Notes: generated from the sequence alone by a model not told the origin. Shown: positions 21,408-32,304, counted from the stretch's first letter. The stretch: 64,000 nt of DNA from an uncultured Candidatus Saccharibacteria bacterium (GCA_964431915.1 CAYSLI010000001.1:191824-255823), one strand, 5' to 3'. Numbers and translations are program-made.

Positions 21408-24400
21408 ATGTCAATAGAGAATAAAAATGAAAATTTAATAAGCATTGAAGAATTTATTGCTAGAGCAAGAAGACTTGGAGTTGATTTTGGAAAAGGTGAC
21501 CCTAAAAATCGTCTGCGCTATTACGTCAAAATCGGTCTTTTGCCACATCTTCAAAGAAAGTCTTTTAACGGTCTGCCTCCAAACGGTGCTTACTTGGAAA
21601 GCACTCTTGGAATTTTGCTTGAGATTGACAAAAAATTAAAAGCCGGAAAGAGTATTCAGGAAATAAAAAGAGAGGAAGAAGAAAAAGTTTTTGAGAAAAA
21701 GCTGCCAAAAATTACTACTCCCCATACATATATGTATGGTCCGGGAATTGAATCTTTTCAGTTAAAAACTGAAGTTCCGCAAACAGAAAAAGAAAAAGGA
21801 GAAGAATTGGAAATCAAAGAAACTCCTGAAATTATTATTGAAAGAAAACCCTTTGTAAAAATACCGGCTATTTTAAAAATTGTGCTTTTGGTTTTAATTT
21901 GCGTTTCAACCCTTTTTTTTACAGATGAAAAAATTAATTTTATAGATCCAATTCCTTATTTTTTAGCTAATATAAGCGAACATATAAGTGGATTTAGAAA
22001 ATTAACTCAATTGCCGGCTTCTTCTCTTCGCGAAGAAGTTTTTAGCCTTCCGGCTGTTGAACCCTATCTTACTATCAATGCTGAAACAGCTATTAACGCT
22101 CTTTTAAAAGCAAAAGAAAAAATAACTGCCCCAAGTTTCGCTTTAATCAGAAATGAATTTGAAGGAAGAATTACTGCTGCCGGACTTACTGTTGAGAGAG
22201 AATATAATTTTCCAGATTTATCCGGAACTGTTTGTTTAGCTACCGGAAATTGTTTTGGTTTAGAAGGAGAAGTAATTACCCTTGGCGGCACCCCCAACAG
22301 ATTAGCTAAATTTATTTCTGCTCAGGAAGTTAGAGATTCTTCAATCAGCGATTTATACCTTGGGGGGGTAGCAATTGCTATTGATTCAGTCGGTAATGTT
22401 GGAATTGGAATTGAAGATCCTGCTCATCCTTTCCATGTTGAGGGAAGGATTCAGGCAACAGGTGATATTTGTACTGATTTGAAAGGCGGCAGGTGTTTGA
22501 GCACTTTGCGGGTTGGTGGTGGTGGAGGAGGAGGTATTGGCGGTTCAGGTTCTGCCAATTATCTTTCAATCTGGACCAGCTCCGGCAGTTTAGGAAATTC
22601 TATTCTCTATCAGACCGGCGGGAATATTGGCATCGGGACGACGGGGCCGGCGGCGACGGCGTTGTTGGACCTCACCTCGACGGAGAAAGGATTTCTTGCC
22701 CCGCGAATGACAGAAGCCCAAAGAGATGCTATCTCTTCACCAGCAACAGGACTTTTCATTTACAACACAACCACCAACCAGTACGACATGTACAACGGAA
22801 CATCATGGGGCGCGGTTGGCGGCGGCGTGCCCACTGACGCCCAGTACGTTACCTTAGCAGTCAATGCCACTTTAACCGATGAAAGAGTCTTAACCGCCGG
22901 AACCAATATTTCAGTAACTGATGGAGGAGCTGGAGGTAATGTAACAATAGCTACCATAAATAATCCTGTTTTCTCAACCTCAGTTACCTCTCCAATTATT
23001 TATGGTTCTTCGGCTGCCTCGGGTAATCTTACTTTAAGAACAACTTCTGATGCTACCAAGGGTTACGTCATTTTAGCTGACGATGGCGGCAACGTCGGCA
23101 TCGGGACGGCAAGCCCTACTTCCCTTTTTTCTGTTGGTGCCTCTTCCCAATTCCAGATAGATACTTCTGGAGATATTATCAAACTAAAAAACCTTACCTA
23201 TTCTTGGCCTTCATCTCATACTGCTGATGGTTTCTTAAAAGATGACGGTTCAGGAACCTTAACCTGGACAACCATTGGCGGAGCAGGAGGAGTAACTGGC
23301 AGCGGAACTGCTGGATACATTCCCAAATGGAGCACCAGCACTACTTTGACTGATTCTGTTTTATATGAAACTGGAGGCAATATTGGCATTGCCACAGCCA
23401 GCCCGGAAGTGGAATTAGATATTGCTGGCCAAGCCAGAATTACCAGCACTACCACTCCCCAGTTATCAGTAAGATACGATGCTGCCAAGTATCTCAATAC
23501 CCTCCTTTCTTCAGGTGAAACCACTTTTCAGACTGGTTTTTCCTCTTTCTTGTTTAAGAGTCTACAGCAAGCAGTTTATTTTTGGACAAGAAAATCTGAC
23601 TGGGATGCCCCTGATGTAGGAACTTATTCTGCTCCTGCCTTTGCCGACTTAGACGATGACGGAGATTATGATTTATTGATTGGAAGATATTATGGACAAA
23701 GCTATGGCTATGAGAACACAGGAACTGTTTCCAGCCCAGCCTGGACAAGAGAATCTGACTGGGATGCTCCTGATATAGGCGATCTTATGCCTGCTCCTGC
23801 CCTTGCCGACTTAGACGATGACGGAGATTATGATTTATTGATTGGAAGCTTTGATGGAATAAGTTATGCCTATGAGAACACCGGAACTGTTTCCAGCCCA
23901 ACCTGGACAAGAAAATCTGACTGGGATGTCTCTGATGTGGGGACTGGGAGTGGCCCTGGCTTTGCCGATTTAGACAATGACGGAGATTATGATTTATTGA
24001 TTAGAGAAATTAGCGGAGTAAGTTTGGGTTATGAGAACACAGGAACTGTTTCCAGCCCAGCCTGGACAAGAGAATCTGACTGGGATGCTCCTAGTGTGGG
24101 ACTTTCTTATTCTTCACCTGCCCTTGCCGACTTAGACGATGACGGAGATTATGATTTATTGACTGGAGCCAGTGGTGATAGAGTTTATGCCTATGAGAAC
24201 ACAGGAACTGTTTCCAGCCCAGCCTGGACAAGAAAATCTGACTGGGATGCTCCTGATGTGGGATCTGCTAGACCTGCCCTTGCCGACTTAGACGATGACG
24301 GAGATGATGATTTATTGATTGGAGCCACTGGTGGAGTAAGTTATGCCTATGAGAACACCGGAAGTGGTGGTCAACTGACTACCCGTTTAGTTATAGACCA

Positions 24401-27400
24401 AGACGGTAAAGTTGGCGTCGCTACGACAGCACCCTATGAAAGATTAGAGGTGGCGGGAGGGACAAGAGTTGGTCAGGCACCGACAACCTATACTACCCTT
24501 TCAGCTGATATGACTGACAGTCAGACTACTGCCACTGTTGCCTCTACCTCTGGTTATCCTTCGGTTGGAACCTTGCTAATTGATTCAGAAGCTATGACTT
24601 ATACAAATAAGAGCGACACCGTGTTTACTGGTTTAACCAGAGGGGCTTTGGGAACAACGGCCGCTACCCATAGTTCAGGAGTAACAGTCAAAAACTATCT
24701 CTTTACTGCCTTAGCTACCGCCACCACTCCTAACATGGTAATAACTGGAGAGGGTAATCTGGGCATCGGGACGACAAATCCTGGGGCCAAGCTCGATCTT
24801 AGCTATACCCAGACAGCAGTTGGAGGAGACGAAGGAATAAGAAGTTTGGTGACCCAAGGAACCAATGCCTTAACAGGCACTCTAAGGGCTGGCTACTTTG
24901 TTGCCACCAACGGAGAACTTGACAGCTCCTCTGGCACTATCAGAGGAATAGAAGTTAAAGCCAGAGCTGCAGGTTCTGACCTGACAGGAGGTTCAGTCGG
25001 CACTCTGGAAGCAATCTCAGCTTCAGCTGATGCTAAGGATGAAACTGTCATCACCTTAAGAGGAGCAGAACTTATCTTAGACGGTCAAACAGGAGCCAGT
25101 GTTACTACAGCTGTCGGCTTAAGGATTGCTAACAACTTCCAGGCAAATATAGCCACTACTTCTTATGGTCTTCAAATCTACCGTGATTCCTTTGACTATA
25201 CAGCTGATATTCAATTATCTTCTGGTGGCACTATTGGTGGCTCCAGCGGAACTTTATCTATCACCAGTGGGGGCAATGTGGGCATCGGGACGGCAACTCC
25301 TTCATCTTTCAAATTACAGATAGCAGGAAGTTTAGGTCCTGATGCTGATAACCAATATGATTTAGGTTCAGCAACAGCCAGATGGAGAGACCTCTATTTG
25401 GGTCCTTCTTCTCTGAATATCTATAATACTACCGGAGCTGACGCCGAATACTTCACTATTGGTTATGATGCTACTCCAACAATTAGCTTTTCTTCCTTAG
25501 CTAATGGTTCAGGTACAGCCAGAAACTTCAACTTTACTGGTGGCAACGTCGGCATCGGCGATACTTCGCCAGCTTCTTTATTAACTGTTGGCTCAGGTGA
25601 TTTATTCCAGGTAGATAGTTCAGGAGACATTGTTAAGATAAAAAACCTTACTTATTCTTGGCCTTCCTCTCACACTACTGACGGTTTCTTAAAAGATGAC
25701 GGTTCAGGGACCTTAACCTGGACAACCATTGCTGGAGCCGGAGGAGTAACTGGAAGCGGAAATGCTGGTTATCTGCCTAAATGGAACACCAGCACTGACT
25801 TGACTGATTCTGTTTTATATGAAACCGGCGGCAACGTCGGTGTTGCCACAGCCAGCCCGGGGGTGGAATTAGATATTGCTGGTCAAGTCAGAGTTACCAG
25901 CACTACTACTCCCCAGTTGTCAGTTAGATACGATGCTAATAAATATCTCGATACTCTTCTTTCTTCAAGTAACGAAATTATTTTTCAGACTAGTTTTGCC
26001 TCCTTCTTGTTTAAAAGCATGCAGTTAGTAGGTTCTTTCTGGACAGCAAAATCCAGCTGGGATGCCCCTGATGTGAGCGCGATTGGCATTTCTGCCCCGG
26101 CCTTTGCTGACTTAGACGATGATGGAGATTATGATTTATTGATTGGAAGATACGAGGGAACAAGCTATAGTTATGAAAACACCGGGAGTGTTTCCAGCCC
26201 AACCTGGACAAGAAAATCCGGCTGGGATGCCCTTGATGATGTGGGAACTTATTCTACCCCAGCTCTTGCTGACTTAGACAATGATGGAGATTATGATTTA
26301 TTGGTTGGAGAGAGCAATGGAATAAGCTATGCCTATGAAAACACCGGAGATGTTTCCAGCCCGACCTGGACAAGAAAATCCGACTGGGATGCTCCTGATA
26401 TGGGAGGTAGTAGTTGTACTTCCCCGGCCTTTGCTGACTTAGACAATGACGGAGATTATGATTTATTGATTGGAGTATATGGTGGGACAAGCCTTGGCTA
26501 TGAAAACACCGGAGATGTTTCCAGCCCAACCTGGGCAGCAAAATCCGACTGGGATGCTCCTTATGTGGGAGCTCGGGCTTCCCCAGCTTTTGCTGACTTA
26601 GACAATGACGGAGATTATGATTTATTGATTGGAGTATGGCCTACTGGAATAAGCTATGGCTATGAAAACATCGGAACTATTTCCAGCCCAACCTGGACAA
26701 GAAAATCCGACTGGGATGCTCCTGATGTGGGAACTTATTCTTCCCCAACTCTTGCTGACTTAGACAATGATGGAGATTATGATTTATTGGTTGGAGAACA
26801 AAGTGGAATAAGCTATGCCTATGAAAACACCTCCGAAGGTCAACTGACTACCCGTTTAGTTATAGACCAAAACGGTAAAGTCGGTGTCGCTACGACAACA
26901 CCCTCTGAAAGATTAGAGGTGGCTGGAGGAACAAGAATTGGTCAGGCACCAACAACTTATACTACCCTTTCAGCTGATATGACTGACAGTCAGACTACTG
27001 CCGCTGTTGCCTCTACCTCTGGTTATCCTTCAGTTGGAACCTTGCTAATTGATTCAGAGGCTATGACTTATACAAACAAAAGTGACACCGTATTTACTGG
27101 TTTAACCAGAGGAGCTTTGGGGACAACGGCCGCTACCCATAGTTCAGGAGCAACAGTTAAAAACTATCTCTTTACTGCTTTAGCTACCAGCACTACTCCC
27201 AATATGGTAATAACTGGAGAGGGTAATCTGGGCATCGGGACAACGAATCCGGGAGCCAAGCTTGATATTTCATATACTCAAACAGCCGCTGGTGGTGATG
27301 AGGGAATCAGGAGTTTGGTAACCCAGGGAACTAATGCCTTAACAGGAACCTTAAGAGGAGGATACTTTGTAGCTACTGATGCAGATTTAACAGGTTCAAC

Positions 27401-29270
27401 AGGAACAGTCAGAGGAATTGAAGCTAAAGCCAGGGCTTCTGATGGAGGCAGTTATTCTCATGGTGTTTTGGAAGCTATATCTGCTTCAGCTGATGCCAAG
27501 GACCAGACAGTAAGTTATCTTAGGGGGGCAGAGATTATGATTGATGGGAAGTCAGGGTTTGATGTAATCAATGAGGCAGTAGGATTAAGAATAGCTAACA
27601 ATCTCCAGGCAGCAGTAACCACAGGTTCTCTTTATGGTCTCCAGATTTACAGGGACAGCTTTGATTACGATGCTGATATTCAGTTATCAAGTGGAGGCTT
27701 GATAGGAGGCAGTGGTGGTCATTTGAATATTGATTCTTCTGGAAATGTCGGCATCGGGACGGCGAGTCCAAATCACTTATTACATCTTTCCGAAACTACT
27801 ACAGCAGCAGGCGGGGATACTCTTTTACGGGTTACTGGCTTGCATACCGATGACACTGCTATGACCGGTACCCTACGGGGAGCATACATTGATATTAGTA
27901 ATGGCATTTTAGCATCAACAGGAACAATCAGGGGTATGGAATTAAAAGCACGCACCGAAGCTCCGGGAGATGAAGGGAATGATGTAGCCGTTCTTGAGGG
28001 TTTGTCAATCAGCGCTGATTCTAAAGACCACAGTGTTACAACAATGCGTGCTGCAGAGTTTATTCTTGATGGTTCTATAGGCGGGACAATCACAGAAGCT
28101 GTGGGCTTAAGAATAGCCAACAATCTTCAAGCCAATAAAGCCACCACTTCTTATGGACTTCAAATCTACCGGGACTCCTTTGATTACACAGCAGATATTC
28201 AATTATCTTCTGGTGGCACAATCGGAGGTTCCGGCGGAGACATGGTTATAGACAGCAGCGGCAGCGTCGGCATCGGGACAATGGGGCCGGATAGAAGACT
28301 CGATGTTTTAGATGCCTCAGCTGCCCAATTAAGGCTTACTTATATTGATAATTCAGTTTATACTGATTTCACTTTAGACACTAACGGAAATTTAACAATT
28401 AACCCGGCTAAAAATATTTATCTTAAATATAGCGCCAATACCGGGTCTAACCTCTGGGTTTGTGAAGGGACGGCTTGTCCTGGCGCAGATACAAGTATGG
28501 GTAGTGGTGGTGGAAATTTAGTGGTTGAAGGAGGAATTTATGGCGGCACCCGCTGTCCTTCGGATATGGTTTATATTCCTGGCGACAAGCCTTTCTGTAT
28601 TGATAAATACGAGGCATACAATTCAAATTCAGGCTCGGTTTGTAATAATACTGATTGTCCCTGTGGTGACGGGACCCAGGCCCAAGTTGATGCTAATACT
28701 ACTATCGCTATTGCCGGTTCTGCTTCAGGGCAAACTCCTTTAGTGTCTATTACTTGGTGTTCGGCTAAAAAGGCCTGTGAAAATACCGGAAAGCACCTGT
28801 GCACAAACCAAGAATGGTCCCAGGCCTGTAATTATAAAGGTGGACAATTTAATATTACTGCCGAAGAAACAGCAGAAACTATGTCCTGCAATACAGCGGA
28901 TGAATGCAGTGGGGCTGCCTGTAATACTGGAGCCAGTTCAGGTTGTGTTACCCAAGAAGGAGCTTATGATATGATTGGTAATGTTTGGGAATGGGTGGAT
29001 AAAGTGGTTACGGCTGACCCGACTAATGGTTTGGGCAGTAACTATGTTACCGGATATGATTTCGCTACGGGTTTGCCCATATCAGTAGGAGCTTCTAGTA
29101 ATGCTTATGGCAATGATTATTACTATGCTTATGATGGCGCAGGAGCGGCTCGCGCCGCTATCCGCGGCGGCGGTTGGACCTATGGCGCGAACGATGGTTG
29201 CTTCTACCTGACTCTGAGCGATGCTCCGTCCAACGCGGACACGCGCCTTGGTTTCCGTTGCTGTCGCTGA
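21408..29270 (+). CDS. Giant membrane-anchored DGR target protein (2620 aa)
   Basis: MerR-like HTH N-terminus (RLRYYVKIGLLP), TM helix at about aa 155-172, GNVGIGT fibre repeats and 2x5 DLDxDGDYD repeats. C-terminal FGE/CLec domain (FCIDKYE, YDMIGNVWEWV, RGGGW..GFRCC) carries the VR. Confidence 0.9.
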   Translation: MSIENKNENLISIEEFIARARRLGVDFGKGDPKNRLRYYVKIGLLPHLQRKSFNGLPPNGAYLESTLGILLEIDKKLKAGKSIQEIKREEEEKVFEKKLPKITTPHTYMYGPGIESFQLKTEVPQTEKEKGEELEIKETPEIIIERKPFVKIPAILKIVLLVLICVSTLFFTDEKINFIDPIPYFLANISEHISGFRKLTQLPASSLREEVFSLPAVEPYLTINAETAINALLKAKEKITAPSFALIRNEFEGRITAAGLTVEREYNFPDLSGTVCLATGNCFGLEGEVITLGGTPNRLAKFISAQEVRDSSISDLYLGGVAIAIDSVGNVGIGIEDPAHPFHVEGRIQATGDICTDLKGGRCLSTLRVGGGGGGGIGGSGSANYLSIWTSSGSLGNSILYQTGGNIGIGTTGPAATALLDLTSTEKGFLAPRMTEAQRDAISSPATGLFIYNTTTNQYDMYNGTSWGAVGGGVPTDAQYVTLAVNATLTDERVLTAGTNISVTDGGAGGNVTIATINNPVFSTSVTSPIIYGSSAASGNLTLRTTSDATKGYVILADDGGNVGIGTASPTSLFSVGASSQFQIDTSGDIIKLKNLTYSWPSSHTADGFLKDDGSGTLTWTTIGGAGGVTGSGTAGYIPKWSTSTTLTDSVLYETGGNIGIATASPEVELDIAGQARITSTTTPQLSVRYDAAKYLNTLLSSGETTFQTGFSSFLFKSLQQAVYFWTRKSDWDAPDVGTYSAPAFADLDDDGDYDLLIGRYYGQSYGYENTGTVSSPAWTRESDWDAPDIGDLMPAPALADLDDDGDYDLLIGSFDGISYAYENTGTVSSPTWTRKSDWDVSDVGTGSGPGFADLDNDGDYDLLIREISGVSLGYENTGTVSSPAWTRESDWDAPSVGLSYSSPALADLDDDGDYDLLTGASGDRVYAYENTGTVSSPAWTRKSDWDAPDVGSARPALADLDDDGDDDLLIGATGGVSYAYENTGSGGQLTTRLVIDQDGKVGVATTAPYERLEVAGGTRVGQAPTTYTTLSADMTDSQTTATVASTSGYPSVGTLLIDSEAMTYTNKSDTVFTGLTRGALGTTAATHSSGVTVKNYLFTALATATTPNMVITGEGNLGIGTTNPGAKLDLSYTQTAVGGDEGIRSLVTQGTNALTGTLRAGYFVATNGELDSSSGTIRGIEVKARAAGSDLTGGSVGTLEAISASADAKDETVITLRGAELILDGQTGASVTTAVGLRIANNFQANIATTSYGLQIYRDSFDYTADIQLSSGGTIGGSSGTLSITSGGNVGIGTATPSSFKLQIAGSLGPDADNQYDLGSATARWRDLYLGPSSLNIYNTTGADAEYFTIGYDATPTISFSSLANGSGTARNFNFTGGNVGIGDTSPASLLTVGSGDLFQVDSSGDIVKIKNLTYSWPSSHTTDGFLKDDGSGTLTWTTIAGAGGVTGSGNAGYLPKWNTSTDLTDSVLYETGGNVGVATASPGVELDIAGQVRVTSTTTPQLSVRYDANKYLDTLLSSSNEIIFQTSFASFLFKSMQLVGSFWTAKSSWDAPDVSAIGISAPAFADLDDDGDYDLLIGRYEGTSYSYENTGSVSSPTWTRKSGWDALDDVGTYSTPALADLDNDGDYDLLVGESNGISYAYENTGDVSSPTWTRKSDWDAPDMGGSSCTSPAFADLDNDGDYDLLIGVYGGTSLGYENTGDVSSPTWAAKSDWDAPYVGARASPAFADLDNDGDYDLLIGVWPTGISYGYENIGTISSPTWTRKSDWDAPDVGTYSSPTLADLDNDGDYDLLVGEQSGISYAYENTSEGQLTTRLVIDQNGKVGVATTTPSERLEVAGGTRIGQAPTTYTTLSADMTDSQTTAAVASTSGYPSVGTLLIDSEAMTYTNKSDTVFTGLTRGALGTTAATHSSGATVKNYLFTALATSTTPNMVITGEGNLGIGTTNPGAKLDISYTQTAAGGDEGIRSLVTQGTNALTGTLRGGYFVATDADLTGSTGTVRGIEAKARASDGGSYSHGVLEAISASADAKDQTVSYLRGAEIMIDGKSGFDVINEAVGLRIANNLQAAVTTGSLYGLQIYRDSFDYDADIQLSSGGLIGGSGGHLNIDSSGNVGIGTASPNHLLHLSETTTAAGGDTLLRVTGLHTDDTAMTGTLRGAYIDISNGILASTGTIRGMELKARTEAPGDEGNDVAVLEGLSISADSKDHSVTTMRAAEFILDGSIGGTITEAVGLRIANNLQANKATTSYGLQIYRDSFDYTADIQLSSGGTIGGSGGDMVIDSSGSVGIGTMGPDRRLDVLDASAAQLRLTYIDNSVYTDFTLDTNGNLTINPAKNIYLKYSANTGSNLWVCEGTACPGADTSMGSGGGNLVVEGGIYGGTRCPSDMVYIPGDKPFCIDKYEAYNSNSGSVCNNTDCPCGDGTQAQVDANTTIAIAGSASGQTPLVSITWCSAKKACENTGKHLCTNQEWSQACNYKGGQFNITAEETAETMSCNTADECSGAACNTGASSGCVTQEGAYDMIGNVWEWVDKVVTADPTNGLGSNYVTGYDFATGLPISVGASSNAYGNDYYYAYDGAGAARAAIRGGGWTYGANDGCFYLTLSDAPSNADTRLGFRCCR
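23579..24363 (+). repeat. Five FG-GAP-like Ca-binding propeller repeats, block 1
   Basis: About 160-bp period; WxxxSDWDAP...ADLDDDGDYDLLIG...YENTG. Confidence 0.9.
26036..26832 (+). repeat. Five FG-GAP-like propeller repeats, block 2
   Basis: Same repeat unit; ADLDNDGDYDLL. Confidence 0.9.
29150..29268 (+). other. DGR variable region (VR)
   Basis: 119-nt match to TR covering the last 39 codons of the target gene; 13 mismatches, all opposite TR adenines. Confidence 0.97.
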
Positions 29271-29328
29271 AGGGGTTTAAATTTAATCTAAAATCTAATT
29301 TCTGAAAATCTAAAACTAAAAACATCAA

Positions 29329-29667
29329 ATGTTATATGATTTACACCTATTTCAAAAAGTATATGATTTCCTTTTATGGATAAAACCCACTGTTCAGAGA
29401 TTTACTAAAGTTCATAAATATAGCTTAGGTATTCAATTAGAAAATGAAGTAATAGAACTTTTAAAACAAATTGTTAGAGCTAATTTTCAAAAAGGCAACA
29501 AAAGAGAACTTATCGAAGAATGTTTTGTTCATTACGAAATTATTAAAGTTTTAATAAGATTAGGTAGAGAGTTCAATCTTTTAAATAAGAGTCAATACGA
29601 ATTTGTGGCAAAAGAATTAGTTGAAATAGGAAAATTATTGGGTGGTTGGTACAAAAGATTTTCTTAA
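29329..29667 (+). CDS. avd: DGR accessory variability determinant (four-helix bundle)
   Basis: 112 aa, basic; KY.LG..L and EIGKLLGGW motifs; located between VR and TR. Confidence 0.9.
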   Translation: MLYDLHLFQKVYDFLLWIKPTVQRFTKVHKYSLGIQLENEVIELLKQIVRANFQKGNKRELIEECFVHYEIIKVLIRLGREFNLLNKSQYEFVAKELVEIGKLLGGWYKRFS

Positions 29668-29708
29668 TTTGCTATCTACTTTTAGTAGGTAGAGGGATAA
29701 AATCAAAA

Positions 29709-29827
29709 TCGCGCCGCTATCCGCGGCGGCAATTGGAACAATGGCGCGAACGATGGTTGCTTCAACCTGAATCTGAACAATGCTCCGTCCAACACGAACA
29801 CGAACATTGGTTTCCGTTGCTGTCGCT
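29709..29827 (+). ncRNA. DGR template region (TR)
   Basis: Copy of the VR with 11 AAY codons and 27 adenines, between avd and RT. Confidence 0.97.
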
Positions 29828-29856
29828 TCAGTGATTCATTAAATAATTGGCCAGAA

Positions 29857-30007
29857 TTCTTATCTTAATTGAGATGAGAAGCGTGCCGTTAAACCCCAGA
29901 TTTTATTCCTTCTTAAGTAAGTTAAAGGTTGAAAAGGAAAATATTAAGCCTGTATCCCGAGGAAGTAGGAGTAGGAAAGGAAACTTCTTCCTCGGGTTAA
30001 TAGGCTT
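29857..30007 (+). ncRNA. Structured spacer of the DGR RNA (TR to RT)
   Basis: Hairpin at 29857-29880 with G-U pairs; stem CCCGAGGAAG(29956)/CTTCCTCGGG(29987) enclosed by AAGCCT/AGGCTT. Confidence 0.6.
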
Positions 30008-30031
30008 TACTCCGTTAGATAAAAAAGATAA

Positions 30032-31111
<1,080 letters not shown>

Positions 31112-31128
31112 ATTATTTAATTTAAACT

Positions 31129-32244
31129 ATGTTTCAAAAAATTATTAATTTTTTTAAATATCATAATGCTTTTGCCATTGGCATCAGTTTAGTTTTAGTT
31201 TTAACTTTTTCTGCGATGGCGTCGGAGGATGTTAGAAATGCCGTGATTGGCGAAAAGATTGTTACAGAGCAAGGCGTAGATAACTCCCAACTCCTACCTG
31301 TTGATTTAGATAATTTTGATGTAGATTTAAAAATTGACAATGTTTTAGAAGATGAAGAAAATTATTACATTGATTATAGTTTTAATACAATAGCGGTCAG
31401 GGATAATGTCTGGCAGCCAGTTGTTAAAGCAGAAAAATTTACCGTGAATAAAAATGCCTTGGGAAATAGGGACTTGGGAATTTATTTAGCCGAGGAATTA
31501 GGAGAAGTAGCTCAAGCTGAAATTACTTATTTGAAAAAAGCTCAAAAAACTGAAAGAGAAAGGGGACTAACTCAGATTGTTAGAACTACGGATTATACCG
31601 GACTAATTGGTTTAACCCTTGATTTAAAAAACAAAGTTCTACCTGGCTATGAACCGGTTATTAAGCCACCAGCAATTGAGATTGCTCAGATTACTCAACC
31701 TTTAATTATTGAAGAGCCTCCTATTATTGAAAAACCGGTTGTTGAAGAACTTGTTTGCCAGCCATCAGAAGAAATCTGCGATGGTGCGGATAACAATTGT
31801 GATGGTCAAATAGACGAAGGCGGCGTTTGCCCCAAAGAAGAGCCTTTGGCTCCCTCCGGGGCAGGTGAAGCAGCACCGGTAGCTGAACCTATTTGCGATG
31901 TAGACCATTTAGATTTGTGTACTACTCAAGAGTTATGTGAAGGAGTTAGTTTATATTGGTACAATGAAATTTGCAACTTAGAGCCAGAAACTCCTGCCTG
32001 CCAGCCAACAGGGGAGGTTTGTGACGGCATAGACAATGACTGTGATGAATTAATTGATGAAGATTTAGGCCAAGCTACTTGCGGAGTGGGGGCTTGTGCA
32101 GTAACCATAGATAATTGTATAGGTGGTCAATCCCAAACTTGTACTCCCGGAACTCCCACTGAGGAAATCTGCGACCAGATAGACAATAATTGTGATGGCC
32201 AAATTGATGAAGGAAGTGTCTGTGTAGAACCTCCAACCGAATAA
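31129..32244 (+). CDS. Membrane-anchored/exported protein with three Cys/Asp-rich repeats (MopE-related metal-binding motif type)
   Basis: N-terminal hydrophobic helix, Pro/Glu linker, three E.CD..DNxCD..IDE repeats. Confidence 0.75.
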   Translation: MFQKIINFFKYHNAFAIGISLVLVLTFSAMASEDVRNAVIGEKIVTEQGVDNSQLLPVDLDNFDVDLKIDNVLEDEENYYIDYSFNTIAVRDNVWQPVVKAEKFTVNKNALGNRDLGIYLAEELGEVAQAEITYLKKAQKTERERGLTQIVRTTDYTGLIGLTLDLKNKVLPGYEPVIKPPAIEIAQITQPLIIEEPPIIEKPVVEELVCQPSEEICDGADNNCDGQIDEGGVCPKEEPLAPSGAGEAAPVAEPICDVDHLDLCTTQELCEGVSLYWYNEICNLEPETPACQPTGEVCDGIDNDCDELIDEDLGQATCGVGACAVTIDNCIGGQSQTCTPGTPTEEICDQIDNNCDGQIDEGSVCVEPPTE

Positions 32245-32304
32245 CCGAAAATAGGTGCAAAAATAAGTGTCAACTCTGTTTTTCTTTAACAACTTTTATA
32301 GAAT

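Larger units (their letters stand above)
23085..27760 (+). repeat. Intragenic duplication of a ~2.2-kb module (about 23085-25290 and 25540-27760)
   Basis: Colinear near-identical DNA at offsets 2454-2469 nt (e.g. 23191/25645 and 24372/26841); a third partial copy of the last domain lies at about 27860-28280. Confidence 0.9.

Noticed and set aside
23579-26832. Regular ~160-bp repeats with variable intervals as a CRISPR array
   Set aside because: They are in-frame coding repeats of the giant ORF, too long for CRISPR repeats, and no cas genes are present.
29701-29708. Extension of the TR 5' of 29709
   Set aside because: Four more TR adenines would all have to be mutated and a non-A mismatch follows. 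The boundary is ambiguous, so these were not counted.
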